Assembly (NCBI GenBank): GCA_013140575.1
Contig: JABFSN010000155.1
Location: 2,531 to 66,530, forward strand
From: Phycisphaerales bacterium
GTDB taxonomy: Bacteria; Planctomycetota; Phycisphaerae; UBA1845
DNA length: 64,000 nt
Direction: 5' to 3'
A program made the position numbers and the translations under genes. This document shows positions 53,424-62,900 of this stretch, in pieces (positions within the stretch are counted from its first letter, which is position 1; every line of letters begins with the position of its first letter). The notes beneath the pieces were generated by a model. It was not told where the DNA came from. It did not search any database and saw nothing but the letters and a program-made list of their open reading frames with translations.

Positions 53424-56400
53424 ATGGCATCGTCAGTGCGATGTATTGGGTTGGGGGCGAGGAACGGTGGTTCGCAAACGGGAATGGAACGGCGGTTGGC
53501 CTCGCGCTCGCACCGCGGTGTGGCGCCCGCGTCTCTCTCTCGACGAAGCGTACGCGGGAGATTCACGGCCTTCGTGGGTTTCGGCGTGCTGATCGCCGGG
53601 CACGCGGCCATCGGGCAGCCGGTGCGTTACGTGGACAAGGACGCCGAGGGGGCGAACAACGGCTCGAACTGGGCGAATGCGTACACCAACCTGCAAAGCG
53701 CCTTGACGCCAGCCGTGGTGACCACGCACGTTTGGGTCGCGGACGGAACCTATCGACCGGGGCTGGCGGTGCCGCGGACGGTCACCTTTCAGTTGCAGAA
53801 CAACCTGGAAGTGTACGGTGGATTCGACGGAACGGAGACGATGCTCTCCGAACGAAGCCCGGAAACGAACGTCACCATCCTGTCCGGCGACCTGAACAGC
53901 AACGACTCGTACGTTGGTCGCTGCACGGCCGATTCGCCGGATTGCGATTCGTTCGGCAAACTGTGCGACGAGGGCTTCTGCATCATCGCCAGCAACAACG
54001 CCGAGAATGTCTACCACGTGGTCACGGGCAGCGGGACGAACGCGACGGCCGTGCTTGACGGGTTCACGATCACGAGTGGGAATGCGAATGTTTGTTGTGA
54101 CCCCAGCACTACTTCTGGCGCGGGGATGGTCAACGACGCGGGCAGTCCCACGGTCATCAATTGTACGTTCGCCGGGAATTCGGCATCCTTCGGCGCGGGT
54201 ATGTTTAATGACACGGGCAGCAATCCCGTGGTGAAGGGATGCCGATTCCGGGGCAATTCCGCGACCTCGGGCGGCGGAATGCTCAACGAGACCACCAGCA
54301 GTCCGAAGGTGAGCAATTGCTATTTCATTGCGAACCACGCGATCATCGGCGGCGGAATGAAAAACACAGCGAACTCCGACCCCACGGTGACAAACTGCCA
54401 ATTCCTCGGCAACAAGACGGGAATCACGGGCGGTGGCGGCGGAATGGATAACGATTTGAGCAGCCCGACGGTGACCAATTGCGGCTTCAGCGGCAATTCG
54501 GCCCTCAATGGCGGCGGGATGGGCAACTACAATTTCAGCAACCCGTTAGTCACCAACTGCACGTTCAGCGGCAATTCGGCCGGTATCGCTGGCGGCGGAA
54601 TGAACAACACCTTTAGTAGCAATCCGACGGTGACCAACAGCATTCTGTGGGGGAACAGTGATGGGGGCGGGATGGACGAATCCGCGCAGATTCACACCGA
54701 CAGCGGCACGCCGGTGGTCAACTACAGCACCGTCCAGGGCGGATGGACCGGCGCGGGCGGAACGGGAAACGGTTCGGCCGATCCGGGATTCTTCGATGCC
54801 GACGGACTGGACAACGTCGCCGGCACGACCGACGACGACCTGCGCTTGCAGCCCGGTTCCCAGGCGATCGACGCCAGCAACAATGCGGCCGTCCCCGCCG
54901 ACGACGCCGACCTGGATAACGACCTGAACACCAACGAGCCGGTCCCGTACGACCTGCGTAACAACGCGCGGTTCCGCGATGCCTGGAACGTGCCCAACAG
55001 CGGCTCCGGCTCCATCCCGATCGTGGACATGGGGGCGTACGAAAGCGTGGGAACGGTGGTGCTGGTGGACGCGACGCCCACGGGCTGGGCCGGCTCGACC
55101 GCGCTGACCACCGATTTGCAGTCCGCGCTGACGTTCGCGCAGTCCTACTTCGACGAAATCACCGAAATCTGGGTCGCGGCCGGAACGTACACACCCGGCG
55201 CGGATCGGAGCGATACGTTCCAACTGCTCAACGGCGTGGGCATCTATGGCGGGTTTGCGGGCAACGAGACATCGCTCTTCCAGCGGGACGTGGACGAAAA
55301 CGTCACAATTTTGAGCGGCGACCTGACCGACGACGACACACCCGTGGCGTGTACGGCGAATTCACCGGATTGCGACTCGTTCGGCGGGCTGTGCCTGAAC
55401 GGGCACTGCATCATCGCCGACAACAACGACGAGAACAGCTACCACGTGGTGACAGGAAGTGGCACGAACGCGACGGGCATCCTTGACGGATTCACCATCA
55501 CGGCGGGCAATGCCAACGGCGGTCCCTTTGTGGATTGGGGCGGTGGCGGCGTCTCAATCGTTGGGGGAAGTCCAACTGTAACCAACTGTACGATTGTCGG
55601 GAATTCGGCGATCGCACGCGGCGGGGCGATGCACAATCATATCAATAGTTCCCCCAGTGTGACCAACTGTACGTTTGTTGGAAACTCATCATCAAACTTT
55701 GCGGGAGGGATTTTCAATAACAGCAACAGCAGCCCAACGGTGGTTAACTGTATATTCGCCGGGAATTCAGCGGGTCTCGACGGCGGGGGGATGCTGAACA
55801 ACTTCAGCAGTAACGCCGTGCTAACCAATTGCGTCTTCAGCGGGAATATCTGCAACCGCTTTGGCGCGGCGTTGAACAATTCAAACTCTAGCGATCCAAT
55901 CGTGGTCAATTGCGTGTTCAGCAGAAACACGTCGATGCAGAATGGAGGCGGAATGTACAACTTCGCCAGCCCAATGGTGTCCAATTGCATTCTGTGGGGC
56001 AACGTTGATTCGGGCGGAACGGACGAATCTGCTCAAATCGACACACAAGTCGGCACGCCGACCGTCAATTACAGCATCGTGCAGGGCGGGTGGACGGGCG
56101 CGGGCGGAACGGGGAACAGCGCGGCCGATCCATTGTTTTTTGATGCCGACGGCGTGGACGGAATCGTCGGCACGGCGGACGACGATCTGCGGCCGATCGG
56201 CGGGTCGCCGGCGATTGACGCGGGGGACAATTTCGCCGTTCCGGCGGACTTCGCCGATTTGAACGATGACTTCGATTTCGCGGAACGGACGCCGATCGAT
56301 CTGGCCGGCAAGCTGCGGTTTGTCGACGACCTGGGCACGTCGGACACGGGTGTGGACGATCCGCCGAACTATCCGTACGTGGTGGACATGGGGGCGTACG

Positions 56401-58022
56401 AATACTTCCCCGACTGCAACCATAACGGAGTTGCCGACGACATCGACATCATGTTGGCGACCAGCCTGGACGTGAACGGCGACGACATTCCCGACGAGTG
56501 CGCCCAATGGAACCCGCCGCTGGTGAACGACGGATTGTGGGGGACGGCCGGCAACTGGGCGCCGCCGGTGGTGCCGGACAATGTCATGGACGACGTGTTT
56601 GACGTGACCATCAGCGGGTCCGTGGAAGTCGTGACGTTGAACATCAACGCGGATGTCAATTCGCTGAAGCTGCTCGACGATGCGACGTTGAACGTGACGC
56701 TGGGCGATTTGAACGTGCTGACCGCGGCCGGCATCATCGTGGACGGAACGCTGAACGTCACCGGGACGCACACGCTGGATTCGGCCGGTCCGGTGGTGGT
56801 CGATGATTCGCCCGATGTGTTCGCATTGGGCGGCTGCGTTCCGCCGCCGACGGTGTCGCTGCGCGGGTCGGGGAGCCACACGATGACGTCGTTGACCGTA
56901 CAGGAATGCGCCCAGGTGCTCGCGGGCGACAGCGTCACGACGCTGGTGTCGGGTCCGGTGTTGATCGGACCGGGGGGGTTCTACGGTCCCGATCCGGATC
57001 GCCTCGACCCGTCGGCCGCCGAGTTGACATGTAACGGGTTGGGCATCACCGGAAACGAATTCGCGGCCGGTGTGTTTGAATTGGACGACACCATGATGTT
57101 GACGGTGAACGGCGACGTGAACCTGATCGCCGGCGGGCCGTTTCCGTCGTCGCCATCGGCGCGGCTGTTGGGCGGATGTGTGCCGCCGCCGACGTTGCGG
57201 GCGCGGGGGTTCGCGACGTTGATCATTGCCGGCAGCCTGAATGTTTCCGAATGCGCGGAAGTGTCGTTCGGACCGAACGTGACGTTCGGCCTGTTGTCGC
57301 CGGGTGATCCGGCGGCGCCTGAAACGGCGGCGCTCCCGACGGCGGGGCCGGAACCGTTGCCATCGGTGGCGTTGCGCGGGAACATGGTGAACGCGCAGAC
57401 CGAGCCGTCGCGGTTCAACTGGCGGTTCGGCGAACTGGTTTTGTCGGCGGGTCCATCGCATCAGATCGAGGCGGCCGGCGAAGACCGCGGCGCCGCGCCG
57501 GACGGGTTCACCAACAACTACGCCATCGGGCGGATGGAATTGGCGGCGACGTCGGCCACGACGGTCGTCGACCAGAATCTCAACGGATCGGCGTCAGCCG
57601 ACGCGCTGTACGTGGGCGAGCTGGTTCTGCAATCGGGGTCGACGCTGACGCTGCTTGCGAAATTGTACGCCGGGCGGGTGATCAACAACGGCGGGATGAT
57701 TCTGACGCCGGGTCTGTTGGACACGGTCGATTGTGTCACGGATGCGCAGTGCGACGATGGGATCGTATGCACGACCGACGACTGCAGCGGCGGCGGTTGC
57801 GCGTACGCGTTCGCGTTGTTCGGCGACGTGAATGCAGATGGCGGCGTGGATATTTTCGATATTCTGTGCGTGCTGGACGGATTCGCCGGGGTGTTTACGA
57901 CATGTTCGCAGCCGAGCGTGGACTTGGCCCCGTGTCCGGCCGGCGACGAGATGATCGACATATTTGACATATTGGCCGTTCTGGATGCGTTCGCGGGCAG
58001 TAACGGCTGTTGCAGCCCGTGA
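53424..58022 (+). CDS. Giant secreted protein: two tandem choice-of-anchor-Q/PbH1-like parallel beta-helix modules, a third repeat region, and a Cys-rich plus dockerin-like C-terminus
   Basis: The signal-like N-terminus is RFTAFVGFGVLIAGHAAIG. Duplicated ~477-aa modules carry YGGF.G.E..L..R......VTILSGDL...DSPDCDSFG.LC..G.CII..NN.EN.YHVVTGSGTNAT..LDGFTIT.GNA followed by (GGGM.N....P.V.NC.F.GN.A)n. The C-terminus is CVTDAQCDDGIVCTTDDCSGGGC...GDVNADGGVDIFDILCVLDGFAG...DIFDILAVLDAFAGSNGCCSP. The start could be 53394, 53424 or 53484. Confidence 0.85.
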   Translation: MASSVRCIGLGARNGGSQTGMERRLASRSHRGVAPASLSRRSVRGRFTAFVGFGVLIAGHAAIGQPVRYVDKDAEGANNGSNWANAYTNLQSALTPAVVTTHVWVADGTYRPGLAVPRTVTFQLQNNLEVYGGFDGTETMLSERSPETNVTILSGDLNSNDSYVGRCTADSPDCDSFGKLCDEGFCIIASNNAENVYHVVTGSGTNATAVLDGFTITSGNANVCCDPSTTSGAGMVNDAGSPTVINCTFAGNSASFGAGMFNDTGSNPVVKGCRFRGNSATSGGGMLNETTSSPKVSNCYFIANHAIIGGGMKNTANSDPTVTNCQFLGNKTGITGGGGGMDNDLSSPTVTNCGFSGNSALNGGGMGNYNFSNPLVTNCTFSGNSAGIAGGGMNNTFSSNPTVTNSILWGNSDGGGMDESAQIHTDSGTPVVNYSTVQGGWTGAGGTGNGSADPGFFDADGLDNVAGTTDDDLRLQPGSQAIDASNNAAVPADDADLDNDLNTNEPVPYDLRNNARFRDAWNVPNSGSGSIPIVDMGAYESVGTVVLVDATPTGWAGSTALTTDLQSALTFAQSYFDEITEIWVAAGTYTPGADRSDTFQLLNGVGIYGGFAGNETSLFQRDVDENVTILSGDLTDDDTPVACTANSPDCDSFGGLCLNGHCIIADNNDENSYHVVTGSGTNATGILDGFTITAGNANGGPFVDWGGGGVSIVGGSPTVTNCTIVGNSAIARGGAMHNHINSSPSVTNCTFVGNSSSNFAGGIFNNSNSSPTVVNCIFAGNSAGLDGGGMLNNFSSNAVLTNCVFSGNICNRFGAALNNSNSSDPIVVNCVFSRNTSMQNGGGMYNFASPMVSNCILWGNVDSGGTDESAQIDTQVGTPTVNYSIVQGGWTGAGGTGNSAADPLFFDADGVDGIVGTADDDLRPIGGSPAIDAGDNFAVPADFADLNDDFDFAERTPIDLAGKLRFVDDLGTSDTGVDDPPNYPYVVDMGAYEYFPDCNHNGVADDIDIMLATSLDVNGDDIPDECAQWNPPLVNDGLWGTAGNWAPPVVPDNVMDDVFDVTISGSVEVVTLNINADVNSLKLLDDATLNVTLGDLNVLTAAGIIVDGTLNVTGTHTLDSAGPVVVDDSPDVFALGGCVPPPTVSLRGSGSHTMTSLTVQECAQVLAGDSVTTLVSGPVLIGPGGFYGPDPDRLDPSAAELTCNGLGITGNEFAAGVFELDDTMMLTVNGDVNLIAGGPFPSSPSARLLGGCVPPPTLRARGFATLIIAGSLNVSECAEVSFGPNVTFGLLSPGDPAAPETAALPTAGPEPLPSVALRGNMVNAQTEPSRFNWRFGELVLSAGPSHQIEAAGEDRGAAPDGFTNNYAIGRMELAATSATTVVDQNLNGSASADALYVGELVLQSGSTLTLLAKLYAGRVINNGGMILTPGLLDTVDCVTDAQCDDGIVCTTDDCSGGGCAYAFALFGDVNADGGVDIFDILCVLDGFAGVFTTCSQPSVDLAPCPAGDEMIDIFDILAVLDAFAGSNGCCSP

Positions 58023-58230
58023 CGCGCCGTGTGGCAATCCCTGACGGGGAACCATAGCCGGGGAGCTGTTGCCACGAGCGGCCCGCCGATAATGAGATGA
58101 GCCTCGGGGTTGGAGGGGTTTCGTGTATGGCGCTTTCGTCTGGAATCGGACCGTCGGCACGCCTAGAATGGCGTAGCGGCGGATCGGTTGCCGTCCGTGC
58201 GTGTCGGGCATTCCACGTTCGAGGGGATTC

Positions 58231-59613
58231 ATGTTGCGCGGGTCAATCTTCACGGGCGTCGCGATGTCGGTCATGGCAGTGCTGCGGCCGGTGCATGCGC
58301 AGAACGCATCATTGACGCTGGAACCGAACGGGACCTGCGTGGACCCCGGCCAACAGTTGGTGGTGACGGTTTCGATGACGTTGGCGCCGATTGACGTTTG
58401 CGTGGGGCAGTTTTTTCTGGCGTACGACGCGGACGCGCTGGATTTCGTCGGCATGGTTCCCGCGCCGGGGACGCCGTTCACGCTGCCGTTCGGTCCGACG
58501 GTGAACGAATCGTCGGGGACCATTGATTACGCATTCGCGCCGCCGTTCGGGAGTTGCAACGGGGCGACACCGGGACCGGCCGACATCGCGTTGATCACGT
58601 TTGACGTGATTGGTCCGTGCAGTGCGGCGGTGCGATTCCGGGACAGCGATCCGCCGGCCAAGCTGGCGAGCAGCGTGCCGCAAACGATATTCCCCGAATT
58701 GGTCGACCTTTCGTACGTGCGTGTGGACGACGGCGAGTTGTCGGCGATGGTGTGCCCGGCGAACATCATGGTGAACTTGGAAATCGGTCGGCCGGGAGCG
58801 GTAGCGTCGTGGTCCGATCCGGCGGACGGATGCGGAGTCGTTCCGCCGGGGGCGGTTTGCGATCCGCCGAGTGGTTCGATATTCCCGGTGGGAACTACCA
58901 GCGTCGGGTGCCACGTCGACGGGCCGTGCGGCGAGGCGTCGTGCATGTTCGACGTGGAGGTCGTGCCGCCGGCGGGGCCGCCGTACATCGTTCACGGACT
59001 GGGTCGCGAAGGTGAAACGCGACCGTTCACGGGTTACGTCGACCCGCGATCTGAAAGCTCGAACGGCGTCGATTGGAACATGGGGATCGACGAAATCGAG
59101 CTGCTGTTCAGCGAGCCGGTTCGGGCGCTGGGCGGCGGGCCGTGGGACGTCACGTCGTTCATGGTGCACACGACCGGCGGTCGGGCACCGACGATCGTCG
59201 AGGTGGATTCGTCGGCCAATCCGCTTGTCGTCATCCGATTTGACCCGGATACGCCGCCGCCGTTGCAGGAATGGACGACGGTGGTGGCGCAGGTCGAGGA
59301 TCTGACCGGCGATCCGATGGTGGCCGGGGCGAATATGGGCCCGGGTGTCGGGGAACCCGATCGCGTGGATTTCGCATTTCTGCCGGGAAATGTCGATGGC
59401 AACGGGCAGGTTCAACCTGTCGACTTGATTCGATTTCGCCAGTTGTACGCGGGCGCGGTTCCGGCAATGGGCGTGGTTGCGGACTACGTGGATATGAACC
59501 GGGGCGGCACGGTGGCACCGACGGACCTGATTCGGATGCGGCAGTTGTTGGCCGGGACCGCGCCGGCGACTCGGGTCTGGCTGGTTGTGTCGATGAACCA
59601 CTCCCAGCCGTAG
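58231..59613 (+). CDS. Secreted cohesin-like / HYR / dockerin three-module protein
   Basis: It has a signal peptide (VAMSVMAVLRPVHAQ). The cohesin-like segment is LVVTVSMTLAPIDVCVGQFFLAYDADALDFVGMVP...GTIDYAF...ADIALITFDVIG. The HYR-like segment is CPANIMVNLEIGRPGAVASWSDP...PSGSIFPVGTTSVGCHV....GEASCMFDVEV. The dockerin segments are GNVDGNGQVQPVDLIRFRQL and VDMNRGGTVAPTDLIRMRQLLAG. Confidence 0.78.
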   Translation: MLRGSIFTGVAMSVMAVLRPVHAQNASLTLEPNGTCVDPGQQLVVTVSMTLAPIDVCVGQFFLAYDADALDFVGMVPAPGTPFTLPFGPTVNESSGTIDYAFAPPFGSCNGATPGPADIALITFDVIGPCSAAVRFRDSDPPAKLASSVPQTIFPELVDLSYVRVDDGELSAMVCPANIMVNLEIGRPGAVASWSDPADGCGVVPPGAVCDPPSGSIFPVGTTSVGCHVDGPCGEASCMFDVEVVPPAGPPYIVHGLGREGETRPFTGYVDPRSESSNGVDWNMGIDEIELLFSEPVRALGGGPWDVTSFMVHTTGGRAPTIVEVDSSANPLVVIRFDPDTPPPLQEWTTVVAQVEDLTGDPMVAGANMGPGVGEPDRVDFAFLPGNVDGNGQVQPVDLIRFRQLYAGAVPAMGVVADYVDMNRGGTVAPTDLIRMRQLLAGTAPATRVWLVVSMNHSQP

Positions 59614-59739
59614 GTTCGTTGACCGATTGTGGCGTCCGATATTGAGCGGCGCTTGAAAAGTGTCTGTGTCCGTGATACCATGCGTCAACTGACGAGACGA
59701 GACTGACCATTAAACTTGAAACGCGGTGACCTGGTACCC

Positions 59740-59937
59740 ATGAAGCAGTTCCGACGAGTCGCGGCGCGATTCCTGAAATCCGAAGACGGGCCCAGCGCCG
59801 TCGAGTATGGCGTGCTGTTGGCGCTGCTCGTGGTGATTGCGCTGTCGGCGATATCACTGCTGGGCGAGAAGGCGGGCGAGGTTTTCAACGGCGTTTCCGA
59901 CGACTTGTCGGAAGCGAAGCAGGCCGCGGGTTCCTGA
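59740..59937 (+). CDS. flp: Flp/Fap-family type IVb (Tad) pilin
   Basis: MKQFRRVAARFLKSEDG/PSAVEYGVLLALLVVIALSAI has the G/xxxxEY prepilin processing motif followed by a hydrophobic helix. It is 65 aa long. Confidence 0.85.
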   Translation: MKQFRRVAARFLKSEDGPSAVEYGVLLALLVVIALSAISLLGEKAGEVFNGVSDDLSEAKQAAGS

Positions 59938-59954
59938 ACCGATTCTGGTTCAGG
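59933..59954. terminator. Candidate bidirectional hairpin between convergent genes (cctgaacc-gattct-ggttcagg)
   Basis: An 8-bp perfect stem spans both stop codons (flp TGA at 59935-59937 and the minus-strand stop at 59950-59952). No U-tract is present, so terminator function is uncertain. Confidence 0.3.
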
Positions 59955-62900
59955 CGATTCGCCGGCGGCGGGATTGCCCTTTCCACGCGGTCCACCCACC
60001 GATCATCAACATCATGGGGATGAAACCGATCAGCCCGCAGATGCGCGGCGGCGTGGGGTCGTCGTCGTCGTCATCATCGGAATCGTCGGGCGGCGGCACG
60101 GCCGGTCCGCGGCCGACGGCGAAATCAGATAGCGAATCGCGCACCACCCAAACGCACCCGGCGTCGCGATCGACGCCGAAATCGCCGACCGCATCGGTGG
60201 GCACGGCGTCGCCGCGGTTTTGGTCGGCGTCGCCGGCCAAGACCCATCGACCGGAAGTTTCGTCGAACACGTAGACGGCGAGCGGTGCGTGGGTCAAATC
60301 GGCGTCGGCCAGCAGCTCGTCGGTGTAGCACATCTGAACAACGGCGGTGAACTCGCCGAACAGGTTTTCGTCGACGCGGGCGGTGAAGGGCAGCGCGTCA
60401 CCATCGAGAATGCCGTCAAAATCGTCACGCAGGTTGCCGTCCGCGAGCATTAGGACGATCGAACCGGACGTTGCGTTGTCGATGCCGAGCATCGCCCCGG
60501 CGCCGGTGACGTCGGACGCGACGGACGCGTCGGCCTGTCCGTCGGAATCAATCGTGGCGGAATCGGTGTAGGTGGCGGGGGGTTCGTCGTCACCGTTGTC
60601 GTTCCCGTTTCCGTTTTGGTTGCCGTTCTGATTGCCGTTGTCGTTGTCATTGTCGTTGCCGTTGTCACCGTCGTCGTTGTCGTTGCCGTTGCCGTTGTCG
60701 TCGTCGTCGTCATCAACCGGCGCGGGGGTGAACCAGTTGATGTTGTTGCCGGCGTCGGTGACGCCGTCGAGGCCGAGTTCGTCGAGGGCGGAACCGCCGT
60801 CGTCGCTGGTGTATTCGCTTCGCGAAAGTGTGACGTTGGCGATGGTGACGCTGTCCGACGATCCGCGATCGAGCCGGAACGCGTCGGTGGCGTTGACGGC
60901 GGACATGATGACGGGCGAGTCGGGCGATTGGCCGTCGATGTTGAGCACGGCATCGCCGTCGAGGGTGATAACGGCACCGGGGCGGAAGCGCAGCGTCGAG
61001 AATGGGATGAAGTCGATGAACGAGCCGGAATCGTTGATGGCGATGTCGCCGAATTGGTACTTGAACGCCCCCGCCAGGGAGTAGTCGCCGTTGTCGCCGT
61101 CGATGTTGACCTGACCGAGCAGCTTGAAATCGTCATCGGCGGCGGCGCTGAAGGTTTCGGCTCCGCCGGACGAACGCAGATTGACGGTCGAACCGGAAAC
61201 GGCGTCGATATTGACGTTGGAGCCGGCCGCACCCGCGGTGATGCTTCCGAAGGTGGTCAGCGTGGCGTCGTCCGCGACGATGATTTCGTCGCCGTCGTCA
61301 TTGAACGTGATGTCGTGGTTGGCGGAGTCGGACCCGATGACGAGTTCGCCGGCGTCGATGTCGAGTCTGACGCCGGTCGCGCCGGCGAACAGCGCCGTGG
61401 CCCCGCCGGTCAACGTCACCGTTCCGGACTCGAGTTTATTGACGATTGCGTTGGCGCCGAGCGTGCTGTTCGCGGTCGTGGTGACGGTTGTCGTGCCCGT
61501 CCCGCCGAGCCGAAACGATTCACCGGCGGGCAGGGTCAGCCGGAGATCGCCGACCGTCACATCGCCGTCGCCGTCGAGGCGGCCGGTAGTGGCATCGACT
61601 CGGGAAACGGCGCCATCGCCGAGGAGCGTCAGTTCGCGGTTCAGGATGGCGACCGTCGCCGTCAGCGTTTTTCCGTCTGCGACGTCGATGGCGGCGTTGG
61701 CGGTCATTGTGACGGCAGTCGGAGTGACGGATTCGTCGACTTGCAGCACGGCGCCCGCGGCGTCGAGCATGATGGTGCCGGGGTTGCCGGATTCGGTCAG
61801 CGTCAGGCGGTTATCCTTGACACCGATCGCGCCGGTCAGAATCCTGCCGGCGGCGACTTCCAACGTCAGATCGCCCGAACCGGTCAACAGGGTGACGTCG
61901 GGCAGCGTGCAGTTCTGATCGACGTCGATGACGGCGCCGTTGGCGTTGACGTTGACGTCGGCGACCGATGCGAGCGAGCCGGTCATGTTCAATTCGGCGA
62001 GGGCGCCGTTCAGATTGATGGTGGTGAAAGCGCCGCCGCCGGAGCAGGTGAGGACGGCGCCGGCCGCGACGTTGACGACCGACTGATAGGTTGGAGCGCC
62101 GACGATGTTGATGGACGATGAAGCGGACACGGTCGTGGTAGCGACGGTCGTGCTGGCGTTCACGACCACCTCGCCGCCGGACGTGTCCAGAATGACGTTG
62201 GTGATGTGCCCGTTGGCTTCGGAAATCACCAGTGCGTTGCTGTTCACGTCGAAACCATTGACCGACGTGATTGTTTGACCGCCATTCTGGACGGTCAGAT
62301 CGCCGGCCGCGCTGGTCATGGTGCAGCGGGGGATCGTACACGCGACGTCAACGTCGAGAATACCGCCGTTGGCGGTGACATTTAGCGTGCCGATGATGCC
62401 CGGAGTTGTGGTCGTGTTCAGCTCGGCATTGGTTCCATTCAATGCGACGGTGGAAACCGTGCCGGCGCCAATGGAAGTCAAGATCATTGCGGCGGCGACG
62501 GTGGCCGTGGTGGTCAGCGATTCGGTTGCGGCAACGTCCAGGGTGGTGTTGGCGTTGGCGGCAAGGGCGGTGATGGTGGACGATTCGTTAATGTCCAGCG
62601 TGGTTCCGGCGATGGTGTTGGTCAGTGTCGAAACCGTTCCGGCCGCCGAGACGAGAACGGTGCCGGCGGCGGTAGCGGTGTTCAGCGTGGAAAGCGTGCC
62701 CGTGTTATTGAGGGTCAGTGTTTTGGCGGCGTTAAGGGTGGCCGTGCCGCCGAGCGTTTTTCCGGAGGCGACATCAATCGTTGCGTTCTGGGAGACGGTC
62801 AGGGCGGTGATGGTGGCGTTTTCGTCGACGTCGAGTTTGCCGGTGGTGAGGTCGGCGCCGGCGATATCCACTTTCGAAACGACCAGGGCGTGGGCGGTGT

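Noticed and set aside
53484-53560. A Tat-like twin-arginine motif (SLSRRSVRGRF) at the N-terminus of the 1542-aa protein.
   Set aside because: It only loosely matches S/T-R-R-x-F-L-K, and Tat export of a 1500-aa beta-helix protein seems unlikely. It is treated as a generic Sec-type signal with an uncertain start.
55881-62121. Long antisense ORFs within the giant genes (55881-57461 minus, 58309-59688 minus, 60616-62121 plus, and 60450-61232 minus in an alternative frame).
   Set aside because: They are compositionally biased (Arg/His/Gly/Val or Thr/Pro/Ser runs) reflections of the repetitive coding strand. They have no start context, signal or motifs.
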